From: Spirogloea muscicola
Taxonomy: Eukaryota
Direction of reading: 5' to 3'
DNA: 60,081 bases
Assembly (NCBI GenBank): GCA_009602725.1
Contig: WELB01000002.1
Coordinates: 1,598,237 to 1,658,317, forward strand
The translations under genes and the position numbers were made by a program. A model generated the notes under the pieces. It was not told where the DNA came from and did not search any database. It saw only the letters and a program-made list of their open reading frames with translations. Shown in pieces: positions 49,549 through 60,081 of this stretch; position 1 is the stretch's first letter; each line of letters opens with the position of its first letter.

Positions 49549-52500
49549 ATGGCGGCTGGGGCGCCAGCTGCTGTCCGCTCGCCCACGCGCTTTTCATCGA
49601 CTGCGCACCGGCTGCCGACCGCGCCGTTCTCTGGCGGCCACCGCCGGAATTACCCGCCGATTCAGCTGCCATTCGTGAGACGAGGCGTCCAGGATGCACT
49701 GCTCAGGTCTCAGTGGTCTTGCGGCAGAGGCTCCAATGGTGCAGCGCGGCGCCAGGGCAGAGTGCACGTTTTCACAAGAATACAGCCAGTCACTTGCAAA
49801 ACAGAAGCTGCTGCTGCATTGGGAAGCCATCTAGCGGCTGAGGCTGCAGGGTTGGCGGCGTCAGCGCCGTCAGAAGAGGCCGTGGTGCTGCTGGAAGTGC
49901 AAGGGATGATGTGTGGTGGCTGCGTCGGAGCAGTGCGGAGCATCCTCAGCAGCCACCCCTTCGTGACCTCTGCCAGCGTGAACCTCCTGACAGAGACAGC
50001 CGCCGTTGTATTGAGAACTGCTATACCAGTGGCAAACGATGGAGGTGAAGAGCTTGCGGCGCTCCTGACGGAGCGGGGCTTTTCTTCCCGTGTCAGAAGG
50101 GGGCTGGCTGAAGGCGAACTCTCAGGTATGCAGCTGGGGCAACAATGCGCTTCGCATCAGCTGACAGCACGTCAAGTAGTCACGTTTCATTTACTGTTTT
50201 GTTGAATGTTCCTTACCAACGTGTGTTTTACAACGTTCTGTAGTCCACGTGCTCAGCAGTACAATAATATTGTGACTCAGAAGTAACTCTTGTTGAATAT
50301 TGAAAGCTTACGCCAGCTTTCCACTTCCTTACTTTCTTAGGTCCCCATGCTTCTTGCAGCGGCCACGCACAGGCAGAAGGTGGCGAAGAGGAAGATGGCT
50401 ACATTGGCGCGCAGCCGCATACAGGTGGCTGGCGCCGTCGTGCTGGCCGCAGTCTGCTGCGGGTCTCACCTGGGCCACACCTTCCACGCCCTGGGCTGGC
50501 ACCATATTGCCCACGGGCCACTGTTTGCGGCCCTGGACGAGCCCTGGGTTAAGTGCACAATATCCCTGGCAGCTTTGCTCGGCCCTGCCAGAGGTTCGCA
50601 CTCTTGCAACACTCATCCTTTACATGCCATTGCAGCAGTTTGGCAGACAGGTAGGCTACTTCTGCATGGAATTTTCAGGCTTCCAAGCAACCATCAAAAG
50701 GAAGGGGTACCAGAGCACTTTGTGCTGTACAAATTGGTAGCTTCGTTATGACCTGCATATTGCAGTCCAGAGGAGATGAGTACGGCTGCTGCATAGGCTG
50801 CAGCCAATGTTATTTGACATGCAGAGAGCAGATGTGCAGGCCTGGTTATTGACGGCTTCAATGCCTTGGCCAAAAACGCCCCGGGAATGAACACGCTCGT
50901 CGGCCTAGGCGCGTGCGCTGCTTTCGCCACGTCATTTGTGTCACTTTCCGTTCCCTCCCTTGAATGGGGCGCCTCCTTCTTTGAGGAGCCGACGATGCTG
51001 CTAGCCGTTGTGCTCCTGGGGCGGTCCCTCGAAGCTCAGGCTCGAGCTGAGGCAGCCAGTGACCTCCAAGCCCTCCTTGTGAGTGATTGCTCTTCTCAAG
51101 CAATCCACTGAAGCAGCTGAAGGCTGCCCTGTCATCAAAGCTGGAGTGTAGATGCCTTGACACAGTGTTTCATATTGTGCTGGGAATGCTGAGCTGATGC
51201 TTTGTTTGTCCCTGTGGCAGTCGCTTCTGCCTGCCACGTGCCGCATGCTGGTTGATGACGCGGGGTCCATGGAAGACGGCGCTGGGAAGAGGCCCGAAGA
51301 TAGCTCGGAGCTTCTCTCTCCATCCTCGGCTCTCGTTGTGCCCATTGAGCAAGTGCGCCAAGGGGACTGCGTCCTGGTTCTCCCTGGCGACACCATACCT
51401 GTGGACGGAGTCGTTGTGCTTGGGCGAAGTGCCGTTGACGAGAGCATGTTCACGGGCGAAGCGATGCCGGTACCCAAGGAGAAGGGGATGAAGGTTCTCT
51501 CAGGAACCGTGAATTGGGAGGGCGCAATCCGGGTGAAGGCCACTGCCACTGGTGCAAAGTGTGCAGTGTCAGGCATTGCTCGGATGGTGAGAATCGATCA
51601 CTCCAAGCCTGCAAACCCTTGTTAGTCTCTGAGCAAAGCCCTGCTCTTGAGGGGTACATAATTGTGGCAGACCAAAGTCACAGATACTTACTCACTGTCT
51701 AGATTTGATCACTAGTTCAAGCTTGACTTTTAAGTAGCCGACTGACACAGCACGACGGCAAACAGGTGGAAGAGTCGCAGGGGCGAGAGGCTCCGGTCCA
51801 GCGGCTTGCCGACAAGATTGCCGGTCCCTTTGCTTACGCAATCCTCGGCCTTTCTGCCAGCACGTTTACATTCTGGTAGCCAATCTGGACTTTCAATCTG
51901 CTGCTACTTACATATTTCGGTTGAGAGGCTGGGTCTCCCGATGCATTTGGTGCTCCTGATGTGTAAGGAACAGGGACTTACATCAACTTTCTATGAGACA
52001 GAGCTTCATGACCATCGTGGTGTAATGGTTGCAGGTACTACCTGGGCACACGCCTGTTCCCTGATGTGCTGCTCAATGATGCTGCTGGGGAGAGTGGAAG
52101 TGCACTGCTTCTAAGCCTCAAGCTGGCAATTGATGTCCTGGTATGCACTTGCAGCACCAGTTCTGCAGCCATTTTGGAGCTTTCATTATCGAAATTTGAA
52201 TGGCAGAGATGGAATACTGAAAGGCAAGTCTGCTGCATCACGGTGTTGTCCAGGTCGTGGCTTGCCCGTGCGCGCTGGGGCTGGCCACTCCTACTGCCGT
52301 TTTGGTTGGCACCTCCCTGGGGGCTGGCAGGGGGCTCCTTCTGAGGGGCGGCGATGCCTTGGAGAAGCTCGCCAGTGTAGATACCGTCGTGCTTGACAAG
52401 GCAAGTGACTCATTGTGATTTTCATATAAGAAAACACACAAAAAGACTTCAAGAAAGCACACACATGTGCAGGTGCTCCATACTGTGAAGCCTGACTGCA

Positions 52501-54520
52501 ACTTCAAGCTTGTTACTCCAATGGATGGCAAGATGCCAAACGTACTGCTGATCAATACTTGGCATTGTGCACTCAGACGGGAACGTTAACGGAAGGGCAC
52601 CCAAGTATCGCAAACATCGCCTCTGTGGGGGAGCTTGCTGGCTTCATCTTAAAATCTGCGCCGTCAGCAGAACTAGCCATTCTGCAGTTGGCAGCAGCTG
52701 TTGAAGCGGGGACCAGGCATCCGCTTGCCACTGCCATCGTCAATGGGGCTGCAGAGCGCGGGCTCGCCCCGTTGCCCATTCGAGGAGCAATTACGGAGCC
52801 CGGGCAGGGCGCCGCAGCATCCCTGCCAGATATTGGGACTGTCTACGTGGGTTGCTTCGATTATGTGAACCAAAGAGCTGCAGGCCAACTCCAGGGCCAG
52901 GCATCAGCCTCCAGCAAAGCAGCAGCAGAGCTGGAGTTCGCTCTGGTTAACAGACTGCTTACTCAGGGGACTCAGCCTGAGGGCACTTCATGTACCATCG
53001 TTTTTGTGGGAGTTGAAGGCCGCGGGGTGGTGGGAGCCATCAGCCTCGTCGATTGTGTACGAACTGATGCCAGGCGGACAGTGGACAGGTGAAAAGAATG
53101 ATAGCTTGCGTACTGATATTCACAGGGAGGAGACCACTAGTTCGACTGAATGGCTTGCTCAGGTCCTCCTCCTTCTCTGCATAGAGATATGCGCTTTCAA
53201 TGACGACTTGCTTTGTATTGCCCATGCTATTCAGGCTGCACGCCATGGGCAAGCGTGTGCTTATCATGTCTGGGGATAACCTGGTTGCTGTACAAGCGGT
53301 TGCCTCAGAGGTTGGAGTAGCAGCAGAAGATGTGCTTGTAAATGCGACCCCCCAGAGGAAAGCAGAGGAGATTCATAGACTCCAGAAAGCTGGAGCTTGT
53401 GTTGCCATGGTGAGTCTTCATCCGATCCACTACTTGTCAGTAGGAGCTGGCACAGGTGGGCCAACTAAACAGACTTGCTATCATCTAAGTCAACACCATA
53501 CCCACTGTGTGGGGCAGTTGACGCCACAGATTGGCTGCGGAGGTATTACCGCAGTTCATTGAAGGAGCCCTGTCCATGAAATATCGCAGGTTGGCGATGG
53601 TGTCAATGATGCCCCTGCACTTGCTGTAGCGGATGTAGGAGTGGCTATGCGGCAGGGAGGTGCATCAGATGCTGCAGCTGATGCAGCCTCTGTTATCCTC
53701 CTGGGCAATCGACTGTATCAGGTGGCCTTCTTGTTACTCTAGGATGTGTGCATGCTCTTTGCATTTGACTGTCACTGTAGGGTCACAGCCACTCAACATA
53801 GTCGCTTTGAAGCTTCACTTTTGTCCAAGTTAGATGGCTTTGTGCAACATGGAGACCTTACTGCATGTTGACTTTGTGTGGAGCAATGATTGGCTTGCAG
53901 TTGGTGGAGGCTATGGAGTTGGCCCATCAGACTTTCCAAAAGATTCTGCAAAATCTGGTCTGGGCAGTTGCCTACAACACCGTGGCTGTTCCCCTGGCAG
54001 CTGGGGCCCTCTTGCCTGCATTCAATACTGCCCTGAGCCCAGCGGAGGCAGGTCAGTGCACTGGAAAAGCCGGCACTCCCTGCATTTGCCTCTCTGGTCT
54101 AGCCCGAGCTTCTGTCCAATCTGGTCGTAAGGACTGGCGATCACAGCAATCTGACCAGCGAGAACTTGCAGAGGCGTCTTACCGGAAATCGATCATCAAA
54201 TTTTAGCCTCGCTTTTGCCAACCCTGTGAATGGTGCTGCAATTTTGCGACCTTGGCAGAGCAGCTCATCGCAACTCTACTTGATGGGTGCATGACTTAGG
54301 TCTCATGCTTCGCTGAATACCAACATAAGCACCACTTGTACTAAAACCGGAAGATCTGCATGAGTGTTGTGCAGGAAGTATGATGGCCTTCAGCTCCATT
54401 GCAGTTGTTTCAAACTCTTTACTCTTACGATTGCACTCAGATTCTCTACCTTTATCATCAGCTGAAATTGCTAGGCAGATGGAGGGCCCTCGTGGCAAGA
54501 CTGCCTCATTTGTTAGCTGA
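49549..54520 (+). CDS. HMA8: Chloroplast thylakoid copper-transporting P1B-type ATPase
   Basis: Transit-peptide-like N-terminus, [113 protein letters not shown] and FPDVLLND favour PAA2/HMA8 over PAA1. Confidence 0.92.
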
Positions 54521-54933
54521 CATAGCATGGCGCTTTGGTGAATTGAGCAACTTAAGTTGCTCTTACCAGCTTCGACAATTTAGCCTCCTCACACCTATTT
54601 TGTGCTCCTTTGGGCAGCTTCACTCACTTATTAATTTACACTTCATAGTCCCCCTTTGGTAAGGACAACTCTTGATTGATAATACCTCATAGTCAGCAGA
54701 GCCTGAGGCCGATGCAAGCAGGAGGTGCAAAGCCCTACCTGTAGCAAGTTTTCTGGTCAATCAATTCATTCACAACCAACCCATGAACTGCATCGGAGCA
54801 GAGAGCAACAGTATAGAGGGGCAAGCCAGCCAACTGTTGTAGGTCTCCGGGTAGCATACCAAAGTCTTCTCAGAGAACAGCTACAAGCAAGCTGCACAGG
54901 TGTAGCTGTGACAGGTCAAAATGCTGTTGGTAC

Positions 54934-55898
54934 TCAATATGGGGGTGAATTTTTGAGGAGGGGGTTTGCCAATCGTGCCCGCAGACGCTCCACCTCCTGC
55001 CTGCAATGCAAAACAGTCAGAGAAAGTGGTAACAGTGCCAGTCAGCATGAGAACAAGCCGTCAATGCACCGTAGGAAATAAGATGGCAGCCGGGGAAAGG
55101 AAAACAACCAAGCATAGAGGCGACTGCCACAGCAAGGTCTGTTTGCCTATTGCCAAGATCACTAGTAGATTGAGATTTCATAATGTAGGTACCTGAACTC
55201 ATGCACTTTCTCACTCTCAATCCTGCTCGCCAGGTATGCGAAGAAGCGGTCCTCAAAGCAGTGCGGCCTGCACCGCGAGCACCAAGCGACGAAGTGAGAG
55301 GAGCGTCGGGCCACGGCAGAGATTGTGGGCAGCGCAGCCTGTGCCTCGGTGGGCGGCAGGGTTTAGGGGTCGGCAGCCGAGGCAGCACCTGTATTTGTCG
55401 GCGACGTCGCCAAAGCGGGCCTTCTCCGCCCGCAGCAGCGCATCGAACATCTCGTCGTTCCCAGGCTGCCGCATGCACGGCTTGCGCTCCATCAGCCGCT
55501 GTACACGGAGGTGGGCAGGCTGTCACAAGTCCCTACCATGAACGGCGGCTTTTATGCGACAATGCAGCGAAAGGGACCTGCCTGGCCGCGCACCTCTGGC
55601 CCGGAGGAGGCGGCGGGGGCCTGACCAGCCGGCGGCGGCGGCGTTCTCCAGCTCGTCTCGCCGGTGGCGGTGTTCCAGTAGTATGGCTGCGCCAGACGGG
55701 AAGCCGCGGGGTTCAAAGAGCGGGCTGGAGCCGGGCCGGGCGACGACGGCGAGCCGCCGAGACGGCATAAGGTGTCTCGTTGATGACTCTAGATGGCTGC
55801 GGTCAGACGGCGGACCTTGCCGGAGGCCGGGTCCTGGACCTCCCGCCATTCGGCGCAGCAGCCGGGCCGCCGGAGCCGGGCCGCCGGCGCCGCCGGGT
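54934..55898 (-). CDS. Small WW-domain protein; 5' end runs into the N gap at 55899
   Basis: AEWREVQDPASGK (exon ends 55816) spliced to PYYWNTATGETSWRTP (exon starts 55686); further exons ~55498-55390, ~55267-55194 and a final exon ending LANPLLKNSPPY*. Confidence 0.75.
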
Positions 55899-56355
55899 NA
55901 TGGAAGCCGTATGGGAAATGCCACAGTCAGGACATGAAGGTGCTAGCAGCTACCCACAGCTTATTATCGGAAATTCTTGAGCATGACTGATGTGAGTGAG
56001 ATTGCAGCGCTCCAGGATTGGCTGGCTGTAATAGAATGACCCCTGAAGGGCTTGTGATGATTGTCGGAAACCATTCTCTGGGTATACGTGACAGATATAA
56101 ACATTTTCTTTGAAGAATGAGAACCCCCGAGCTGGCAGCGCTCTTAAGTGCTGCTCGCTCGCCCACACCATGTTTGCGCATGCCACAGCTTACAGAGGGG
56201 GCCTCCTGTCGAGGAACTTCTACCAAGCGGCGCTCGAAGATGCGGAGGCGCTGCGCACGGCGCTCTCCTTGGCGGGCCAGCCTGGGCTGGGCAAGCGCAC
56301 GCGCCGCGTGCTGGACGGGGAAGGAAGCAGTGCGGTAGCGCCAGCAGCAACAGAG

Positions 56356-56445
56356 ATGGCGGCAGCTGCACCGGCTGCGGCAGAGGAGCTGCACAGCCTC
56401 AAGGCCAAGGTCGCGCAGCTGGAAAGCGAGTTGAGACAGGCCGCT

Positions 56446-56481
<36 letters not shown>

Positions 56482-57797
56482 GTCCCCGGCGCCGCCGCCG
56501 GCGTCGTCCCAGCGACTGGCTGTGGTCCAGGCCGAACCAGCGGCGTCGAGTGTAGCGGGGGCTGCGGCCAGCGCCGTCGCAGTGGGAGGACGAACTGACG
56601 ACGTGTTGACGGCGTGTGGTGCCTTACAGGCGCATATCGACCGGTTGGCGCTGTATAACCTCCTGTACGGCACCGCCTTCATAGTCGTGGGCATCGTGGC
56701 CATGGTCTTCCCGGCCATCTTCACCGTCGCCATCGAGCAGTTCATCGGTGAGCTGCCCCGCTTTCCTTATATTGCTTGGCTGTGCTGTCGACGGTGTCCT
56801 CCTCGAACGGTCGAGCACCATGCTTACCCAGTTTTTGTGATTGGTGTCGAGTCGTGCGCTTCAGCCTGGCTGCTGGTCATCGGCGGCATCGCCACGCTGC
56901 TGCACACGTTCCTCATCTGCGGCGCGCCTGGCACCGTCGCCTTCCTCCTCCTCGGCCTCCTCCACCTCAGCGTCGGCCTCTGGCTCCTCATCTCCCCCAT
57001 CCAGGGCATCGTCTCCCTCACGTTCGTTGTCGCTGGCTGGTTCCTCGCTTACGTACGCGCCCACGCTGACAGAACCCTCGTGCTGCATCGTTGCTCTCGA
57101 TGCATGGCCGGCCGCACGCTTGAGACACGTTGATCAGCATGCAGCTTAACTGGGTTTGACACACTAATTAAGGCCTTCTTCTGTATGCAAAGGCCATGTG
57201 ACCACTCATGGTAACATTGTAAACAGTCAGGATTGATTATCGTTCATGCTAGTGTGTACCATCATTCTGTTGGTATTGCTGGCATACTGACAGCTGTGGG
57301 TTTGGCTTGACATTTGTGGCTCGCAGGGCATCTTCAAGCTCGTGCTGGCATGCAGCATGAGCAACGTGGCAACCTGGCCTGCAGTGCTTGTCAGCGGCCT
57401 GCTCTCGATCGTGCTCGCATTCACCATCCTAGGCCTCTTCCCGTCCAGCTCTCTGTGGGTCCTCGGCTTGCTCTTCGGCGCCAACCTTACCGTATCCGGC
57501 ATCTCGCTGCTCCTCATCTCCCTCATGGCCTACCTTGGTGAGTACGACCCTCCCAACCCTTCATGCCCGCACGGGGCTTTCCAGTACCCCCCTCCATTCT
57601 CCATGCAGTACAGCTTTGCTTTTCCATCCGAGCCAGCGGCACCTCTCACTTCTGCTGCAGACAGGCTCGTTCGCTACTTGCTGTGCTTGCAAAGCAGTGG
57701 GTTGGAGTCCAAGCACGACAATGCCCGCCACTGTGATGCAGCCAAGCGGGGGCAGGAGCAGGCCAGGGAGCCATTGGTGGCGCCGGGCTCCGTGTGA
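56356..57797 (+). CDS. HdeD/DUF308-family multi-pass membrane protein (start uncertain)
   Basis: LLYGTAFIVVGIVAMVFP..EQFI / WLLVIGGI..GLWLLISPIQG..LTFVVAGWFL / SGLLSIVLAF..PSSSLWVLGLLFGANL; intron-interrupted. Confidence 0.75.
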
Positions 57798-59075
57798 AAG
57801 TTTGGTGGGCCTAGGAGACATCGCTTTCCAAGAAACGACTTGGTAATTTAGCTGCAGTCAAAAGGAGAGCAGCTCAAGCACTTGCTACTGCTTGACGAAA
57901 GTGCAAAACTGGCAGGGTAGGATAAGGATAGTTGCAGTGGTGCCAGAGATCACATTGAGCAGCATTGCCCGTGTGAATGGACCTTCTTGAGAGATACACC
58001 TGACAAAGAACTAGCCGGCTGTCGCAGTGTGCCACAGTGCACCACGGCAGACCCGGTTGCACATACTCAAGTAAATGGGGGCCGTTGAGCAAGTCGTGAA
58101 CACCGGCAGCGTAGTTTGTCCAGTAGGATCCTGTGTAAGCTTGAAGTTGTCAAGAAAAGGATGCTTTGAGCCAAAGACATGACAACGGCATCGCATAGCT
58201 GTTGCTACCGACATGGTTTACATTCTGCAAACTAGTTTTCCACCAATCCTAGGTGATGGGGTGTAAGGAACGGGTCTTCATGCATCAAGCTCTATCAACA
58301 AGCAAGATTTGTAAAGCCTGGTCGAGTTGTTATACTTGCAACGTCAGTCAATGAAGCTTGCTGATCACTTTAGTGTCAATGTGGGAAATGCACCACGGCA
58401 GGTAACAAGTGCTTGAGTTGCAAGGCCATCAGTAACTATTAGTCAGCTGATCACAATGTGTAAGCATTGAGTAAGCAAATCCTTATCCTGGGTAAATTCC
58501 GCAAGCTGAGACGAACAACCCATTCATATCAGTCCATAAGTAATTTAACTTCTACAAGCATGGGCCAAAAATCATAAGCAACTTATTGAATATGTGCACG
58601 TTATCTGATACAGTAGCAACTGCAATGATGCCAGTGGAAACTAAAATAAATCGAAGATGGTACATATGTTGAAGAACCCGCGAGGGCACTTCCATCATCT
58701 AGCACCTGCATAGTGGCACATCTTGGGCAATGGGCCTATTGTCCTGTTATTGTTGCCCTTAGATACACCACTTTATTGTGGTCCGCTTTCTGTAGCTACT
58801 GACTCAGCAGCAAGCACGCTACATATATCTGTCTGTCATAGCCTTGGGTCTGCTCCCTTTTGCAGGGGCAATCACCAGCGCCCTTGCCTTCAAATCTGTA
58901 GGCAAGGCAAGGGCGTGGGGGTTGGCAAGACAGCGATGGTCATTTATGACCAGTAAAGCACAGAGAGCCGGCGTAGCAGCGAGCGGCCCTGCAGCGAGCA
59001 AGTCACTATTGTAGGCTTACATCCTAGTGTACAGAGGGTGGAGGTCTGCTAGTTGTGGGCTTGCAGCAGCGAGCA

Positions 59076-60081
59076 CTAGCACTTGTAGGCGCGGCACGCA
59101 GTGAAGCAGGCCCTGAAGGCGGGTGTGCCGTAGCCAAGGCCGTAGCAGCAGCGCTGGCACTCGGCGAGGTAGTCGATGCAGCTGAACGAGAGCGGCGGGA
59201 ATGGTGGGTAGTGACACTGATAAACGCTGCAGTAAGCCGGCGCCGTAGAGCCGGGGCCACCGAAGCAGCGGCCGCCGCAGCCGGCCAGGCACGGCTGGCA
59301 GGTTCCGTCGGGCTGCCGAGGGAACGTGGGCGTGGCGAATGCGCACAGTGCGTCGCAGAGGCTCGGGTACAGCGTGCCATCCCAGCCGCAGACGGGTGTG
59401 CCGCCGCTGGCTGAGCAGCCGCACTGCCGTGCCGGCTGCCACTGGCACGGCACCTGCAGGGCAAGGAAGACGGGCGTTGATGAAAGCTGCTAAGACAGAC
59501 AGTCCTCAGAGTCCTCAGGACTGGGATGGGGCCCCATGGCGCGCGGTCAGAGTGGCCAGCATTGCAGCAAGGCGACGCACATCGAGAAGCTGGCCGGCGA
59601 GCACGGTCGCGTTGTTGCAGTCGGGCAGGGCGTTGCGCCAGCAGATGGCCGCGGGGCTGGCCACAGGGCCGCACGTCGCCGCCAGCGCCGAGGCCGCAGC
59701 TGCCAGCGGAGCACCCGCTGCTGGGACGGCATAGGGCAGGACGCCCGCGTAAGCCGTGGCATTGGCCGGCGGCGCCACGCACACGAGCTGCCCGACCTGG
59801 AGGCCAGTGGGGTCTCCGCAGCCTGCGCCCGGGTTGAGGCCGCGGAACTGGGCCTCGGTGAGGCCCGCCGCAGTGGCCACCGAGTGACACGTGTCCAGCA
59901 GCTGCACGCTGTACAGCTGCGAGCAATTGGCGCTGCCTCCGGCGGCTCTCAGCGGCTCGACGCACGGCACGAAGGTGAGCGGCAGCTGCAGGTCGACGCC
60001 GCCGCTGCTGCAGGCGAGGCCGGGGTTGAGCGCCGCCAGCGCGGCTACGGTTGTCCCGGCGGCCGCCGCCGCGCACGTGCA
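59076..60081 (-). CDS. Multi-LysM protein with C-terminal Kazal-like Cys-rich region; 5' part outside the window
   Basis: YSVQLLDTCHSVATAAGLTEAQFRGLNPGAGC..LQVGQLVCV plus two more LysM-like units; last exon CGC..PVCGWDGTLYPSLCDALC. Confidence 0.8.

Overview
Eukaryotic, intron-rich nuclear DNA, most likely from a streptophyte green alga. This is inferred from TTTAGGG-type telomere repeats and from PAA2/HMA8-, OFUT36- and At3g52610-like genes; the species is not determined. Host genes: MORN-repeat protein, O-fucosyltransferase-family protein, condensation/acyltransferase-fold protein, Rubisco-LSMT-type SET methyltransferase, thylakoid Cu-ATPase PAA2/HMA8, WW-domain protein, HdeD/DUF308 membrane protein, and a LysM + Kazal-like protein. 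Between them lie dense nests (about 1-8.4, 13-15.7, 17.5-27.3, 31.9-33.4, 38.4-39.1 and 45.8-49.1 kb) of CRE-clade non-LTR retrotransposons (RT + CCHC + restriction-like endonuclease) from about six diverged families, labelled A-F here. The most striking pattern is a ~35-nt pyrimidine-tract + GGGCTG..CAGCCC hairpin module shared by most families (about 50 copies read by eye, none seen inside the gene models). It lies downstream of a near-invariant L(T/S)R(G/A/N)Y-stop that itself sits in a hairpin. Other highlights: a SET protein with a signal-peptide-like N-terminus and C-terminal HEEL, a telomeric tract inserted into a retroelement ORF, twin-priming-like inversions, and an Illumina adapter left in the assembly. 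All calls are by manual motif recognition; no database search or folding program was run, and many boundaries are approximate.
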